Positions 1 to 13,305 of a DNA stretch of 64,000 nt are shown one piece after another. The stretch spans positions 5,642,001-5,706,000 of the forward strand of contig OX597831.1 of assembly GCA_951406725.2 (NCBI GenBank), read 5' to 3'. The translations under genes and the position numbers were made by a program. The DNA comes from Octopus vulgaris. Lineage: Eukaryota. How positions within the stretch are numbered: position 1 is the first letter of the stretch; every line of letters begins with the position of its first letter. The notes beneath the pieces were generated by a model. The model was given only the letters and a program-made list of their open reading frames with translations. It ran no database searches and was not told the origin of the DNA.

Positions 1-406
1 CACCATGGCACAGATTCTATAAAAAATTATGTGATGCAATGGTGTGTAAGATTACACAGTGCGTTCATACCACTGTATGTATAGGAAATACTGCTGTGGT
101 GTTAGGGAGCAGTATGTTTTGAAGAATGTAAACAGTAAACAAACCAGAGGAATTTAAAAATAGTAGATGTGAAACACACACCTACACACATACATACATG
201 TACATGTACAAATGCATACGTGCGTACGCCCATACTTGGACACCCACCCACCCACACCCACATGCATGCACACACACACACACACACACATGCGCACACA
301 AACAAGGCTGTTACTTAAATTCCTTCTCTGAATTTTTTAAATACCCTGATGAACAGCAGAAGTAATCAGAGAGATTGAGGGAGGGGCAACGAGGAAGGAG
401 CCGATC

Positions 407-408
<2 letters not shown>

Positions 409-465
<57 letters not shown>

Positions 466-518
466 AGTGCAAGAGAGTGTATGTATATATATAGTTGCAT
501 ATGTATATATGTGAGTAG

Positions 519-552
<34 letters not shown>

Positions 553-704
553 GTATATATATAGATGTGTGTATTTATGTATGTGTATAGATATATATTA
601 ACTTTATGTGTATATATGTACATGTAGGTATACACGTCTGTATGTGTATATATATATATATATATGTATGTATATGTATATATATATATATATGTATATG
701 TATG

Positions 705-735
<31 letters not shown>

Positions 736-904
736 GTATGTATGTATGTATATATATATATATATACATACATGCATGTATGTATATATATATATATATA
801 TACATACATGCATGTATGTATATATATATATATATATACATACATGCATGTATGTGTGTGTGTGTGTGCTTATATATGTATGTATATATATGCATGTATG
901 TATG

Positions 905-937
<33 letters not shown>

Positions 938-976
938 ACATGCATGTATGTATATATATGCATGTATGTATGTATG

Positions 977-1015
<39 letters not shown>

Positions 1016-1041
1016 CGGGAAGGTTTATGCCTGCATGTATG

Positions 1042-1080
<39 letters not shown>
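409..1080. repeat. Compound (GT)n/(TA)n/(TATG)n microsatellite
   Basis: Directly visible; explains the YI/CV-rich ORFs in all frames. Confidence 0.97.
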
Positions 1081-1081
<1 letters not shown>

Positions 1082-1184
1082 TGCTCAGGAGGGGAAGAGG
1101 TGGTGAGCCACAGTAAACAAGCGTATTTCCAAATCCTTTGATGTAGGTTTTTAAGAAAGAAACCAATGAAAATGATATCGTTAC

Positions 1185-1780
1185 TACCACCAACACACAC
1201 ATCCACTAATACTACTATTACCACCACTACTAATACTACTAGGACCACCACTGCTACCACTGACACTATTACTACTGTGAACACTAAATCTACTACTACC
1301 ACCACAACTACTGTCGTCACCACCACCACCACTGTTATTATTACTACTACTGCTGCCACTACAACTACAACCGCCACCACCACCACCCCTACTACTAATA
1401 ATACTATTACTACCACTACCACTACTAATACTAATACTATCACTACCACTGCTGCTGCTGTCACTGCAACTGTAAGAACTAACACAGCAACCACCACTAC
1501 CACCATTACTGCTGCTACTACAAGTACCACTATAACTACTAACTTAATACTACACCTACCACTACTACTACTACTAATAGTATCACCACAGCTGCTAACA
1601 ATACTACTATTATTAACATCACAATTACAATTACTGCAACTACTACCACGGCCACTACAACCCTCTCACCACTACAACAACTACTACCACCATTACTCTG
1701 CCTTTCATTGCTATGTACAGCACCACTGCTACAACTGCCATCACCACCCATACCAATGTACCATTTTGACTACCACTGGC
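1185..1780. repeat. Degenerate (ACT/ACC)n trinucleotide tract
   Basis: Directly visible; source of the poly-Thr and poly-Val ORFs. Confidence 0.9.
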
Positions 1781-1804
1781 ACAGAAAGACCTTTAAATAT
1801 CCAC

Positions 1805-2096
1805 CACTGCCCTGTGCCGCTCGTTGCCAGTGCCGCTGGACTGGCTCCTGTGCAGGTGGCACATAAAAAGCACCATTTGAGCATGGCCGTTGCCAGTACC
1901 ACCTGACTGGCCCTCGTGCCGGTGGCACGTAAAAGCACCCACTACACTCTCGGAGTGGTTGGCATTAGGAAGGGCATCCAGCTGTAGAAACTCTGCCAGA
2001 TCAAGACTGGAGTCTGGTGCAACCACCTGGTTCGCCAGACCTCAGACAAAATCGTCCAACCCATGCTAGCATGAAAAGCGGACGTTAAACGATGAT
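1805..2096 (+). mobile_element. 3' tail of RTE-clade LINE (5'-truncated copy)
   Basis: Matches the 3' UTR of the element at 18600-19430 (aaaagcacccactacactc...ggaagggcatccagctgtagaaa...catgctagcatg...cgttaaacgatgatg). Confidence 0.8.
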
Positions 2097-2111
2097 GCCC
2101 TCTTTCGTCCA

Positions 2112-2292
2112 TACAAAAGGATGCTGAAAAGTTCCTGGCTTTGGCTAAAAGAAAATACAGGAGGATCAGTTAATTCACGCACTTATTGCAGTGGTCCCTC
2201 AGTTTTTCTAAGCCCAGTAAAAGAACTCATCAGGTTTTGGACCCCCAACCAGGCCTTTCGAACATTTTTGCAACTTTTGAGTACCTCCTTGT
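2112..2292. mobile_element. Decayed Tc1/mariner-like MITE (related pieces 2331-2470, 22430-22605)
   Basis: Imperfect TIRs (acaaaaggatgctgaaaagtt...aacttttgagtacctccttgt); internal sequence shared among the three loci. Confidence 0.5.
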
Positions 2293-2484
2293 GTGTGTTT
2301 GTGTTTATATATATGTTATAAATATACTCATACAGAAGGGGATTCTGAAAAGCCCCTGGTTTTGGGTAAAAGGAATTACAGGAGGATCAGTTAATTATGA
2401 TTTTATTCAACATATTCCCCTCTCAAATTCAGACACTTATTACAGTGGCCCTTCAGTCCTGTAAAAGAACTCAAAGCTTCAAAT

Positions 2485-2870
2485 TTTACCACAAGGCCAG
2501 CAATTTTCGGGGAGGGGATAAATCGATTACATTGACCCTAGTATTTTTTTCTGGTACTTAATTTATCAACCTCAAAAGGATGAAAGGCAAAGCTGACCTC
2601 GGTGGAATTTGAACTCAGAACGTAGTGGCAGACAAAATACCTATTTCTTTACTGCCCACAAAGGGCTACACACAGAGGGGACAAACAAGGACAGACAAAC
2701 AGATTAAGTCGATTTATATCGACTCCAGCACATAACTGGTACTTATTTAATCGACCATGAAAGGATGAAAGGCAAAGTCGACCTCAGTGGAATTTGAACT
2801 CAGAACGTAGCGGCAGACAAAATACCACTAAGCATTTCCCCCGGTGCTAACAATTCTGCCAGCTCACCAA
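2485..2870 (-). mobile_element. tRNA-derived SINE family B, tandem two-unit copy
   Basis: Reverse complement of the array at 22681-23466. Confidence 0.85.
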
Positions 2871-3809
2871 CTTAAATGAAACTAGATAATGCCAGCATTT
2901 TACCAATGACTCTCTATATATATATTCTGTTAATCTGCATTACAATATATTTAATGTACCACTGCAGCTCCTTGACTGGTTTGTTACCAGATTTCTGTTG
3001 CAATGCACAGCCTTTGTTCCATGTAATTTTGAAAATAGTGATAATTTAGTAAAACGATTTTGCCAGCTTTACATAGGTTTTTAGAATATAAATTAGCATG
3101 AAATTTTAATGGAACCTCTAAATTAAGATCACTTTAACTCTTTTGTTACCATATTTCTGTTGAAATACACAGCCTTTGTTCCAAGTAATTTTGAAAATAA
3201 TGAAGAATTTAATAAAATGATTTTGCCATTATTAATCTTGAGCTTGGAACAGAAATTAGCCTGAAATTTGGATGGAAGATATTAACGCTTTTGTTATCAT
3301 ATTTCTGTTGAGATGCTCTGTGTTTTTTCTTTCAATTAATTTTGAATATAACAAAGAATTTAGTAAAATAGCTTAGTTACCATTAAGCTTGTGTCAGAAA
3401 CATATATTGTGACTAAAGTCTGGTGGAAGATTATAATTCAAGACTTTTGAAAACAAGACATTTGTGCTAAAGAGACCAACAGAAACGTTAGCATGCCGGG
3501 CCTAATGCTTAGCAGTATTTCGTCTGCCGTTACGTTCTGAGTTCAAATTCCACCGAGGTCGACTTTGCCTTCCATCCTTTCAGGGTCGATAAATTAAGTA
3601 CCAGTTACGCACTGGGGTTGATATAATCAACTTAATCCGTTTGTCCTCTCTGTGTTTAGCCCCTTGTGGGTTTCAGCTGGGTTGATATCAAAAGGGATCA
3701 TTTAGATTATTTTAACCCTTTTGTTAAACAATTTTGCCATTATTAAACTTGAGTTTGGAACTTAAATTAGCATGCAATCTTGACGGAAGGTATTAATATT
3801 GACTATTTA

Positions 3810-4346
3810 CATTATTTACATTTGACGGATATTTGTCCTCATCTTGTTTGTTATTAACACAATGTTTCGGCTGATATATCCTCCATCCTTCATCAGGTGT
3901 CTTGATGAAATTTCAAATCTGGGTTATAATTCCTAATGTATTTTTCAATGTTGTTATTATTATTATTATTATTATTCTGTGTTTGACTTTTACTTTACAT
4001 TTGTACAAGTCTCACCCAAAGACCCAAAGTTGGAAATTCATGGTGGTGTTATTATTATTATTATTATTATTCAGGTCACTGCTTGGAATCGAACTTGGAA
4101 TCTTGGGGTTAGTAGCCCACACTCTTAACCACTACGCCATATGCCCATGGTTAATTATAGAGTGAATTTTTAGGGCTTATAAATCTAATATTCTCCTATC
4201 CTTCCTTAATACCGGTTCCCATATGCTGTCCATATCTGCACTCAGTCTGCTTAAGAGATTCTTGTGTCCTAGCATATGTGCTGCTTCTTTTAATCTCCAT
4301 ACTTTCCAGTGGTGTTCTCGGTCTATTATTTTAACTTCATCCCACA
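3810..4346 (-). mobile_element. Penelope-like element 3' end: GIY-YIG C-terminus, tRNA-like cassette, (AAT)n and hammerhead motif
   Basis: ORF 4177-4395 contains VMWDEVKIIDREHHWKVWRLKEAAHM...LSR...IWEPVL, typical of the PLE endonuclease C-terminus; the downstream part recurs at 50523-50956. Confidence 0.75.
3856..3901 (-). ncRNA. Minimal type I hammerhead motif (slightly decayed)
   Basis: Minus strand GACAC-CTGATGA-A-GGATG..CAGCC-GAAA-CATT-GTGTT; stem I GACAC/GTGTT; paralogs at about 50.6 and 50.9 kb give stem II GGCTG and AACGT. Confidence 0.7.
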
Positions 4347-4349
4347 TTA

Positions 4350-4749
4350 CTCTTTTACTTGTTTCTGTCATTTGACTGTGGCCATGCTGGAGCACTGCCT
4401 TTAGTTGAGCAAATCGACCCCGGGACTTATTCTTTGGAAGCCTAGTACTTATTCTATAGGTCTCTTTTGGTGAACCACTAAGTTATGGGGACATAAACAC
4501 ACCAGCATCGGTTGTCAAGCGATGTTGGGGGGACAAACACAGACACACAAACATACACACACTTACATATATATATATACATACATATATACGGCGGGCT
4601 TCTTTCAGTTTCCATCTACCAAATCCACTCACAAGGATTTAGTCGGCCCGAGGCTATAGCAGAAGACACTTGCCCAAGGTGCCATGCAGTGGGACCGAAC
4701 CCAGAACCATGTGGTTTGTAAGCAAGCTACTTACCACACAGCCACTCCT
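4350..4749 (-). mobile_element. tRNA-derived SINE family A (CORE-like), near full length
   Basis: Reverse complement of 30307-30715; truncates the PLE ORF. Confidence 0.9.
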
Positions 4750-5026
4750 ATGTCTATTAACTGTATTAATACAGATCACTTTAAAAAAAAATGTTTGTAT
4801 CATAGAACCAGGAATGGTCTCAGGTGGGCTGCTAATAAAAAGGTTAAATACTTCATAAATATTGCTCTATCTCAGTTGGGCTTTCCTTTGAAAGATCTTG
4901 AACTCTGACACTGAGCACCCTATCCGTTTAACATTGGCTTCCCGAACCACTAAGTTATGGGGATATAAACACACCAGCATCGGTTGTCAAGCGATGTTGG
5001 GAGGACAAACACAGACACACAAACAT

Positions 5027-5058
<32 letters not shown>

Positions 5059-5381
5059 GATGGGCTTTGTTCAGTTTCCATCTACCAAATCCACTCACAA
5101 GGCTTTGGCCGGCCCGAGGCTATAGTAGAAGACACTTGCTCAAGGTACCATGTGGTTCGTAAGCATGCTACTTACCACACAGCCACTCCTATGTCTATTA
5201 ACTGTATTAATACAGATCACTTAAAAAAAAAATGTTTGTATCATAGAACCAGGAATGGTCTCAGGTGGGCTGCTAATAAAAAGGTTAAATACTTCATAAA
5301 TATTGCTCTATCTCAGTTGGGCTTTCCTTTGAAAGATCTTGAACTCTGACACTGAGCACCCTATCCGTTTAACATTGGCTT
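4472..5381. repeat. Local tandem duplication of about 440-470 bp (SINE part plus flank)
   Basis: 4749-4940 is repeated almost identically at 5190-5381, each preceded by the same SINE segment. Confidence 0.9.
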
Positions 5382-6964
5382 TTATCACATTAATATGATA
5401 TCTACTCCGGCTTCTTCCTCCTAGTCAGGTATTTTTTCTACTCTTTGATAAAAAGTTTCATCCGAAATATTAGATCTTCACTGCCTACACAATCCACCTA
5501 TTTGATACATCAATGCAGAATATTCTCTGGTTAACTTTAACAGGCCACAGGCACCGATTTCTTCAAAAATCTGCTGATTATATTATTTAATATTCCTCAC
5601 TTGCTCAGCTTGTCTTGCACACACATGGTAACTGATTCCAGTCAGTAAAGAATCATGTGTGAAAAGCTTTATCACTTTGAAAAATTCTGCTATGCAGCTT
5701 CTTAAATAGCTTCTGGAAGCAATATCAAGTTGGTGCATGATGGAATTCTAAACTTGTATATATTTGTTTCTTTTTTCACAACTTTGCATTTCTGTTTTTT
5801 CTTTCGTATTAAAATGTAGAATGTCTTCCTTCTCAAGCCACAACAACTTAGAGTTTCTATAGTAACATTGTGGGTAAGAGATAAATCTATACCCTTAAAC
5901 AATCCCTCGATCTCAGGCAGGAAACCTGGAATGATAAGTTATTTTTAACCCTTTTTTACCATATTTCTGCTGACATATAATGCCTCAGCTTCGATTAATT
6001 TTTGAAAATAATGGAGAAATCAGTAAAACAACTGTACATACTCTTTACTCTTTTACTTGTTTCAGTCATTTGACTGTGGCCATGCTGGAGCACCGCATTT
6101 AGTCGAACGAATCGACCCCAGGACTTTTTCTTTGTAAGCCTAGTACTTATTCTATCGGTCTCTTTTGCCGAACTGCTAAGTTATGGGGACGTAAACACAC
6201 CAGTATCGGTTGTCAAGCAATGTTGGGGGGACAAACACAGGCATACATACATACATATACATATATATGACGGGCTTCTTTCAGTTTCTGTTTACCAAAT
6301 CCACTCACAAGGCTTTGGTCGGCCCGAGGCTATAGACACTAGCCCAAGCATGCATACAAAAACACACATACTAACCACACAGACACACACACATATGCAA
6401 ACGCATGTACAGATAAGAATACACACCACCAAAAGACAGAATGGACTAAACAGAACAGGAGGAGACACATGGGATGGAGGGTTGCTGAAGAGGTCACAGA
6501 GTGTGTGACAAAATGACTGAAACAAGTAAAAGAGTAATGGTTATAATTTGAACCACTTAAAAGCAACAAACCTATGTCAAAGAACCATGGACAGTCTCAG
6601 ACAGATTGGTGTCAAAACAGTTGAGGCTGTTGTGATCTTTATTCATTTCCCAGACAAGCCAAGTGTCTTATTTGTTCCTTAAAGTTTTATGATTCATTCA
6701 CACTATTTCTTCGAGTGGCAGAATACCTCACATTTCTAAAAAGGATTGTGTAACATTCATGCCTCTCTACAAGTCATTAGTAAGGCATGTGAAACATGTC
6801 TACTTCTAGTGTAGCATCCCACATATGTAATACAATTAGTTGAAAAACTTCAATCAATTAAGAGTATCCAAGCAATTTTTAGTCAAAACCTCTAGGGGTG
6901 TTTAAAATATAAAAACGACGACTAAAAATAACTCAAATTCCATTTCTGTATATGCTGTTTATTC

Positions 6965-7193
6965 TTAACCCTTTCGTTACCAACCCTGCTGAAACCGGCT
7001 CTGGTTCTGTAGGAGAAATGTCCTGTTTTCAACAGTTTTGAATTAAAATCTTCCACCAAACCTTAGTCACAATTTATGTTTCTAACACTAGCTGAATGAT
7101 AACTAAGTTATTTTACTAAACTCTTTGTTATATTTAAAATAATTGAAAGAAACACAGAGCATCTCAAAATAAATATGGTAACGAATGGGTTAA
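6965..7193. mobile_element. piggyBac-type MITE
   Basis: TTAA|CCCTTTCGTTACC...GGTAACGAATGGG|TTAA; further copies at about 3282-3698 (SINE-interrupted) and 32807-33034. Confidence 0.8.
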
Positions 7194-8589
7194 ACAACAA
7201 AAAATTGCCAAACATCTAATGCAACTGTTTTACAAATGGGACACCGAGTATATGACTACACCCTCTTCTCAACTTACGACCATCTGCACTTATCTCTTTT
7301 ACTTGTTTCAATGATTTGACTGCAGCCATGCTGGAGCACTGCCTTTAGTCAAGCAAATAGATCCCAGGACTTATTCTTTGGAAGCCTAGTACTTATTCTA
7401 TCGGTCTCTTTTGCCGAACCACTAGGCTACATTATCCAAAGCATCCTTTCACTGTTAAGACCATTAGGTGTGATATAAATGAGATTTGGCAGCTATGTAT
7501 GATAGGTTGTACAACTTGGTTATTCCTCAGATGGATATAAAACTGTTGGACAGTGAAAAGAAGAGTCAAGTAACTTCACCAAGATATTATAAACAAAGAA
7601 ACATAAAGTCAAGTGAAAGATTTGCGATACAAATTTTTCAAACTCCATAGAATAATACTGTTTCGGCAAGTACAAGAGGAGGCAATTTCTGACATGTTTC
7701 TATTTTATTGGTCTTCCTCAGTAAACAAGAGACTTCAGTAATGATGAGAAAACCCCAAAATAATTACACAATGTATACCAATAGCTGCAACAAAGGCAAA
7801 ACCATTCTAAGAAATTACAGTCAGGGGACTCCATCCACTCGTTCTAGTTCGAGCGAACATGTTTAATGTGGGGCAGGATAAAAGAGTTAACTCGAGAAAT
7901 ATTGGAAAATTACATTCGTTTTTTTTTTTTTCGTTTTGTTTTCTTTACTAAGTAGAATTTAATGACCTTTAGGGATAATTTTAGTCTAGTGTTAGATGAG
8001 TGGAAGATCAAAGCAAAACCATTAAGCCCAGCCTTAACATAGAAATCTTTAGCAAATGGCAATTGCTTGGGATAAATTCTCTGAATGATTACAACAATTA
8101 AGGTTGCAGAGGAAGCTGGCAGTCTTATAATGACTTCTACATTAGAGGTGGTAGCAGTGGTATGTATATCATGATAGGATGACTTTGTATTGGATCTGTC
8201 CCTATTCCATCCACACTCCTTTATAGCTAGTCATTTCCTACTCCTTCTTCTCTATCCCAGTATTTGCTCCTCTATCCTTTATTACTGACATTCATAACTA
8301 TCCATGACTCCCAGTCCCTGAGAAGCATCCATCTTCATTCACTCATTGTTGACTTTCTTCATTCTCTCTCACCACACCACTCACTCTGTTTGTATCCAAC
8401 CTCTTTACCAACAAATATCATGTAGCTGTCTATGACTCTTTCTTCTCTCTGTGCATTCTCCCCTGTGTATGTTTCATCATTCTCTCTTCAGTGTACAGCA
8501 GAAGAAACTCTTCAGTTTTGCCAGAAGCAACACAATCTTTCTAGTGATGGTGGTGCCAGAATAAAAACGCACCCAGTAGACCCTGTGAA

Positions 8590-8725
8590 GCCAGACAGGC
8601 AGATAGACAGACAGACAGACAGACAGATAGTCAGATAGATAGACAGACAGTTAGATAGACAGACAGATAGTCAGATAGATAGATAGACAGACAGGCAAAC
8701 AGACAGACAGACAGATAGACAGATA
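8590..8725. repeat. (AGAC/AGAT)n microsatellite
   Basis: Directly visible. Confidence 0.95.
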
Positions 8726-9694
8726 TGTGTGTGTCTTTGTGCTTGATTTATCTCCACCACTGCTTGACAAGTGTTTACAGTAGTTCAGCAAAAGTGACCA
8801 ATAAAATAAGACCCAAACTTTAAGCGAAATAAGGAAATAAGTAACGAGTACCGGCTTAAGCCATTTGTTTGATTGAACTCTTCAAGGTGGCACCCTTATG
8901 ACCCGAGTGAAAGATAACAGATAAACACAACACACAAGAACAGATTTCATGGACAATCCTAAACCTGAGGAAGTTATCAACAATGTTGGTTGTCAGATAA
9001 AACTCCAGTGTGACACACAAAACATAATTTATTAGGAGACACAACAACAACAGAAATAAAAAAACAAAAAAAATCCTGTTAAAGGAGGAAATTTGGGCCT
9101 TTTCACTTTGGCAAAATGGCTACGTTTAACCCTTTGACTTTCAGGTTTTCCTGTCAAATGTAAAGCTCATTTATCCACGTTGTTCTAAATTAAGCATGCA
9201 TTATCTTATAGCTTCGAGAGTTCAATAAGTAATGTGATTGTTGTATTTTTAGAATGACATTGTAGGTTAGGTGCGAGAGGTCAGATCTCTCTGGTCTGAA
9301 CATAAAACAGATCAAATATTTGGGCTGGATATGGCCAGTTTAAATGCTAAAGGGTCAAACAGCCCACATTCTCTTCATTCATGGGAATTTCTCATGACAT
9401 CCATCAATGGCAGAGACTTAGGAGTAATTGGTGACAATGGCTCCAGCTGGAGCAACCCATATCAACAACACAGCGAACATGACCTACAGGGCTGAACTCT
9501 TTGACTGCTTAATACTTTCTGGCCCAGTCAGCTAAATGGTATTACTATCCTTCGTTTTCTAATTTACAAAGTACCACACAGATTACTGTTACTTTATGAG
9601 GTCACCACATACCAAACAAAACATTATGTGAACTGAAGCACCTCAAGGGGCATTGCGAAAATACAAAATAAAAGTTAAAAATTAAATAGTATGA

Positions 9695-9775
9695 CAGGCT
9701 TTGATTACTGGGATCAGGCCTTCATTACTGGGATCAGACCTTGATTACTGGGACCAGGCCTTGATTACTGGGCTC
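9695..9775. repeat. 20-bp minisatellite, 4 copies
   Basis: Unit caggccttgattactgggat. Confidence 0.85.
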
Positions 9776-10020
9776 AACTCAAAACACTCAAACTCTATTA
9801 AGTTGCCATAAATACCATATCATTTGGACAATGTGGAAAATATACCATCAACATTGTTTAGATTCTCAAATTGGGTTCACATGGCCCTTGAGGGTCCATA
9901 TAAGATTTTGCTGCAAAATATCATGTGCAATACATTTGTTATGTTTCCATAATGCACAAAATATTTGGTAAGATTTTCATACAATTCCTAATAATTGGGT
10001 GAAGACAGGTGCATAAAGAA

Positions 10021-10475
10021 GTGTGGATGGTACCTGTGGAAGGGGTAGACCCAGGAATATGTGGAGCAAAATGGTGAGAAAGGATCTTCAGAAGCTCGGC
10101 CTCACTGAGGAAAAGACAAGGGACCAGGAGATGTAGTGATTTGCTGTACTTGATAAGACATGTCCAGCTAAGTAAACTCATTGTCTTCCACACATACAGG
10201 CTTGTCCTTTCAGGTGCCGGTGCCATTTAAAAAGGCACCCATCCTGGTGCTGTGTTAAAGCACCCATGCCAGTACTGCAGTAACACACCTATGCCAGTGC
10301 CATATAAAAAGCACCCAGCACACTCTGAAAAGTGGTTGGCATTAGGAAGGGCATCCAGCTGTAGAAACCATGCCACAACAGACAAATGGAGTTTGGACAG
10401 CTCTCTGTTGGTCAGTTCCATGTCAAACCATCCAACTCGTGCCAGCATGGAGAGCAGACATTAAACGATGACGAT
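10021..10475 (+). mobile_element. RTE LINE 3' fragment, nested in a hAT-like MITE remnant
   Basis: Translates VDGTCGRGRPRNMWSKMVRKDLQKLGLTEEKTRD with stops, followed by the shared tail ending in GAT repeats. Confidence 0.8.
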
Positions 10476-10831
10476 ATAAAAATATAAAGGGACTGTTTTT
10501 AAAACTTCAAATGTCTATGGGGATCCAGCAGAGTAGAACAGGAATTAAAGGGGTCCACAGGGAACAAATATTGTTGAGGATCACAGGTTTAAATGATGTT
10601 AGCAACAAGTTCTAAAATCACCCAAGACTGGGGCCCTGTACAGTATGTCTGCTAGGTATCCTGTATGATGTGCTTTCAATTCGGCAAACTCACCATCTTT
10701 TCAACAAAGCTAGGAAGAAAAAGATCTTGTAACATCAGACTAAAAATTCCAGATAAACCACTGATAACTGATAACATTTTAGTCAGCATCAGCTTCCTAC
10801 TCAAGTGTGTTATAATGCCACAAAATATGGC

Positions 10832-11060
10832 TTAACCCTTTAATGTTTGCATTATTCTGCCAAAATTAATCCTTTTTTATCCACATTTATTTGAACTAAT
10901 CAGGCATTATCTTGGTGCTATGAGATTTTGATGAGGTAGCTGTTAATTTTTAAAATGATATTGTAGGGTTGGTGTGAGAGACCAGATCTGGCCAGTTTGA
11001 ACATAAAACAGGCAGAATACTTTTGGCTGGACATGGTTAGTTTAAATGCTAAAGGGTTAA
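10832..11060. mobile_element. Second piggyBac-type MITE family (related copy 9126-9358)
   Basis: TTAA|CCCTTTAA...TAAAGGG|TTAA ends. Confidence 0.7.
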
Positions 11061-11117
11061 ATGACTTCACCAGCTGATGAAGACGTGAGCCATTAGAGCC
11101 TAAAAGCAAGGTTTATA

Positions 11118-11420
11118 TCTATATATATAAAACTGAAGTTGTGTGGTGTCTGTCTCCTACGATTTAGATTCCTAACTACTCCCACATTTTGCAGTGCAGT
11201 TTAACCAAAAGCGGGTATCTTATAGTCGTGATTCATATCGAGCCCTTCTGGGTATTAGCGCGCGTCTATGATGAGTCTACGATTTAAAAAAAAATTTACC
11301 ATAATTTTTTTCCATTTTTAATGCATTTTTTTTGCTATTATATAAGGGAAGTAACTCTCTAAAAATGCTTATATATTTATTTCCCTTACAAACCCGAGCA
11401 ACGCCGGGCAATACTGCTAG
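11118..11420 (+). mobile_element. Non-autonomous Helitron
   Basis: A|TC start, subterminal hairpin cccgagcaacgccggg, CTAG|T end, no target-site duplication. Confidence 0.8.
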
Positions 11421-12164
11421 TTATTAATAAAAGAACAAAGCTTCCCACCACAGACAATACTTCAAAACTAAAGATGACAGATGATGTTTAACCCCCATTT
11501 AACATTGATCCAACAGAACCGTCACCAAAGGTAATGGGTCTTTCGTTTTTTTTAAGGTGGTGGAGAGTAATTTGAAATTTGAGAGACATTCAGCTGCTAT
11601 TTCTAGCAGGCTCAGTGATCGAGTACGAGCTCTCTCTCATTGGCTCAATGTCTATCTGGTAATGCAAAATTCTAAGTAATGTCCGTGAGAGGTGTGGCAT
11701 GTGTATGTGTACATGATGTCAGTGACAAGTGTGACCTCCTGCGTGATGCTAATTGACGTGTGTGTGTGAGTGTGTGTGTAAAGTCAAGGACAGACACGGT
11801 ATATGATAGCAGTCTTAGCAGTAATTATGGATAATAATGGTGATGATGATGACGTCAACAATAAGGATAGTGCTGAGTATACTGCACAAAGTTATAATGA
11901 CATGACAATAAAAAACACAAAACTGACATACAGACACACAGACAGACTGTAAATAAATGTTTTAAAAACAACAGAAATTTTTAAAAAATGTACTTTAACC
12001 CTTATAGGATTTGAACTCACAATCTCTGCAAATAAGCTATTATATTCCAGAGTGAGATGGTTGTTCTTCCTACAACAGACACCAACATACCACCACTAGC
12101 AGTAATAAGTACACTACTACCATCACCCCCAATAACAACACCTACACCACCATCGACAACACTA

Positions 12165-12583
12165 CCTATTTCTTTACTATCCACAAGGGGCTAAACACAG
12201 AGAGGACAAACAAGGACAGACAAATGGATTATGTCGATTATATCGACCCCAGTGTGTAACTGGTACTTAATTTATTGACCTCAAAAAAGTTGAAAGGCAA
12301 AGTCGACCTCGGCAGAATTTGAACTCCGAACGTAACGGCAGACGAAATACTTATTTCTTTACTACCCACAAGGGGCTAACACAGAGAGGACAAACAAAGA
12401 CAGATAAATGGATTAAGTCGATTATATCGACCCCAGTGCGTAACTGGTACTTAATTTATTGACCCCAAAAGGGTGAAAGGCAAAGTCGACCTCGGCAGAA
12501 TTTGAACTCAGAATGTAGCGGCAGACAAAATACCGCAAAGCATTTCGCCCGGCGTGCTAACGTTTCTGCCAGCTCGCCGCCTT
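12165..12583 (-). mobile_element. SINE family B, tandem two-unit copy
   Basis: Head plus two ~184-bp units. Confidence 0.9.
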
Positions 12584-13119
12584 ATCAACGACACTACCAC
12601 CACCACCACCACCACCAAAACCACAAATATTATCACCAACAACAACGAACCCACCCCCACTAACATTTCTATCACCAACCCCCATCGTGACCAAACCACA
12701 CCCATCACTACAAGACCACCACCACCACCACCACCATCATCATCACAGACCCAGATAAGAAGCAATCTTCGAGACTTAAAAACTAAGGTTGCCTTGTTGA
12801 TTATCAAACAAAGATGTCTTTCAAACACAGGAAAAGGTATTGAAGAGAATGAGTGGTGGTTGGAGGAGATGACTGATGGAAAGGGTAGGTTACTAGCGTA
12901 TTACTGGTACGTGAATGATTGCAGGAGGTGATTGATGGAATGCAGGTTTCAGACGGATTCCATGTTTTCTCCAACTGCAACAACAACAACAACAGAAACA
13001 AGAACAACAACAACAACAGCAGCAACAACAACGGTAACAACAACAACAACATGATTGATGTAATTAGTGTGGCATTAAGTAATTGTAGTATTTAACTAAG
13101 AGAGAAACAAGCACTTTAT

Positions 13120-13305
13120 TGGACGGAACTAATGGTGTGTCTGACGGAATTAGCAGAGTGTCTGACAGAACTGACAATATGTCTGACAGAATTGCTAGTT
13201 TGTCTGACAGAATGGGCATTGTGTTTGACAGAATTGACAGTTTATCTGACGTAATTGGAAATATGTCTATCAGAATTGGCAGTGTGTCTGATTGAATTGG
13301 CATTT
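13120..13305. repeat. ~21-bp degenerate minisatellite
   Basis: Unit close to tgtctgacagaattggcagtg, about 9 copies. Confidence 0.8.

Noticed and set aside
102-1906. Long YI/CV/poly-T/poly-V ORFs (also near 17.6, 26.4, 29.2 and 46.0 kb)
   Set aside because: Stop-free microsatellite translations with no domain signal.
4072-4146. tRNA-like sequences here and at the SINE heads as true tRNA genes
   Set aside because: Acceptor and T stems do not pair properly and each is fused to a repeat body.
5702-5925. Minus-strand exon after cattccag (FLPEIEGLFKGIDL...)
   Set aside because: Short, no recognisable homology, and not in frame with the candidate upstream donor at 27216.
7687-7726. Minus-strand CTGAGGA...GAAACATGTC
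   Set aside because: Core and GUC are present but stems I and II do not pair; counted only as a possible decayed motif, not as a feature.
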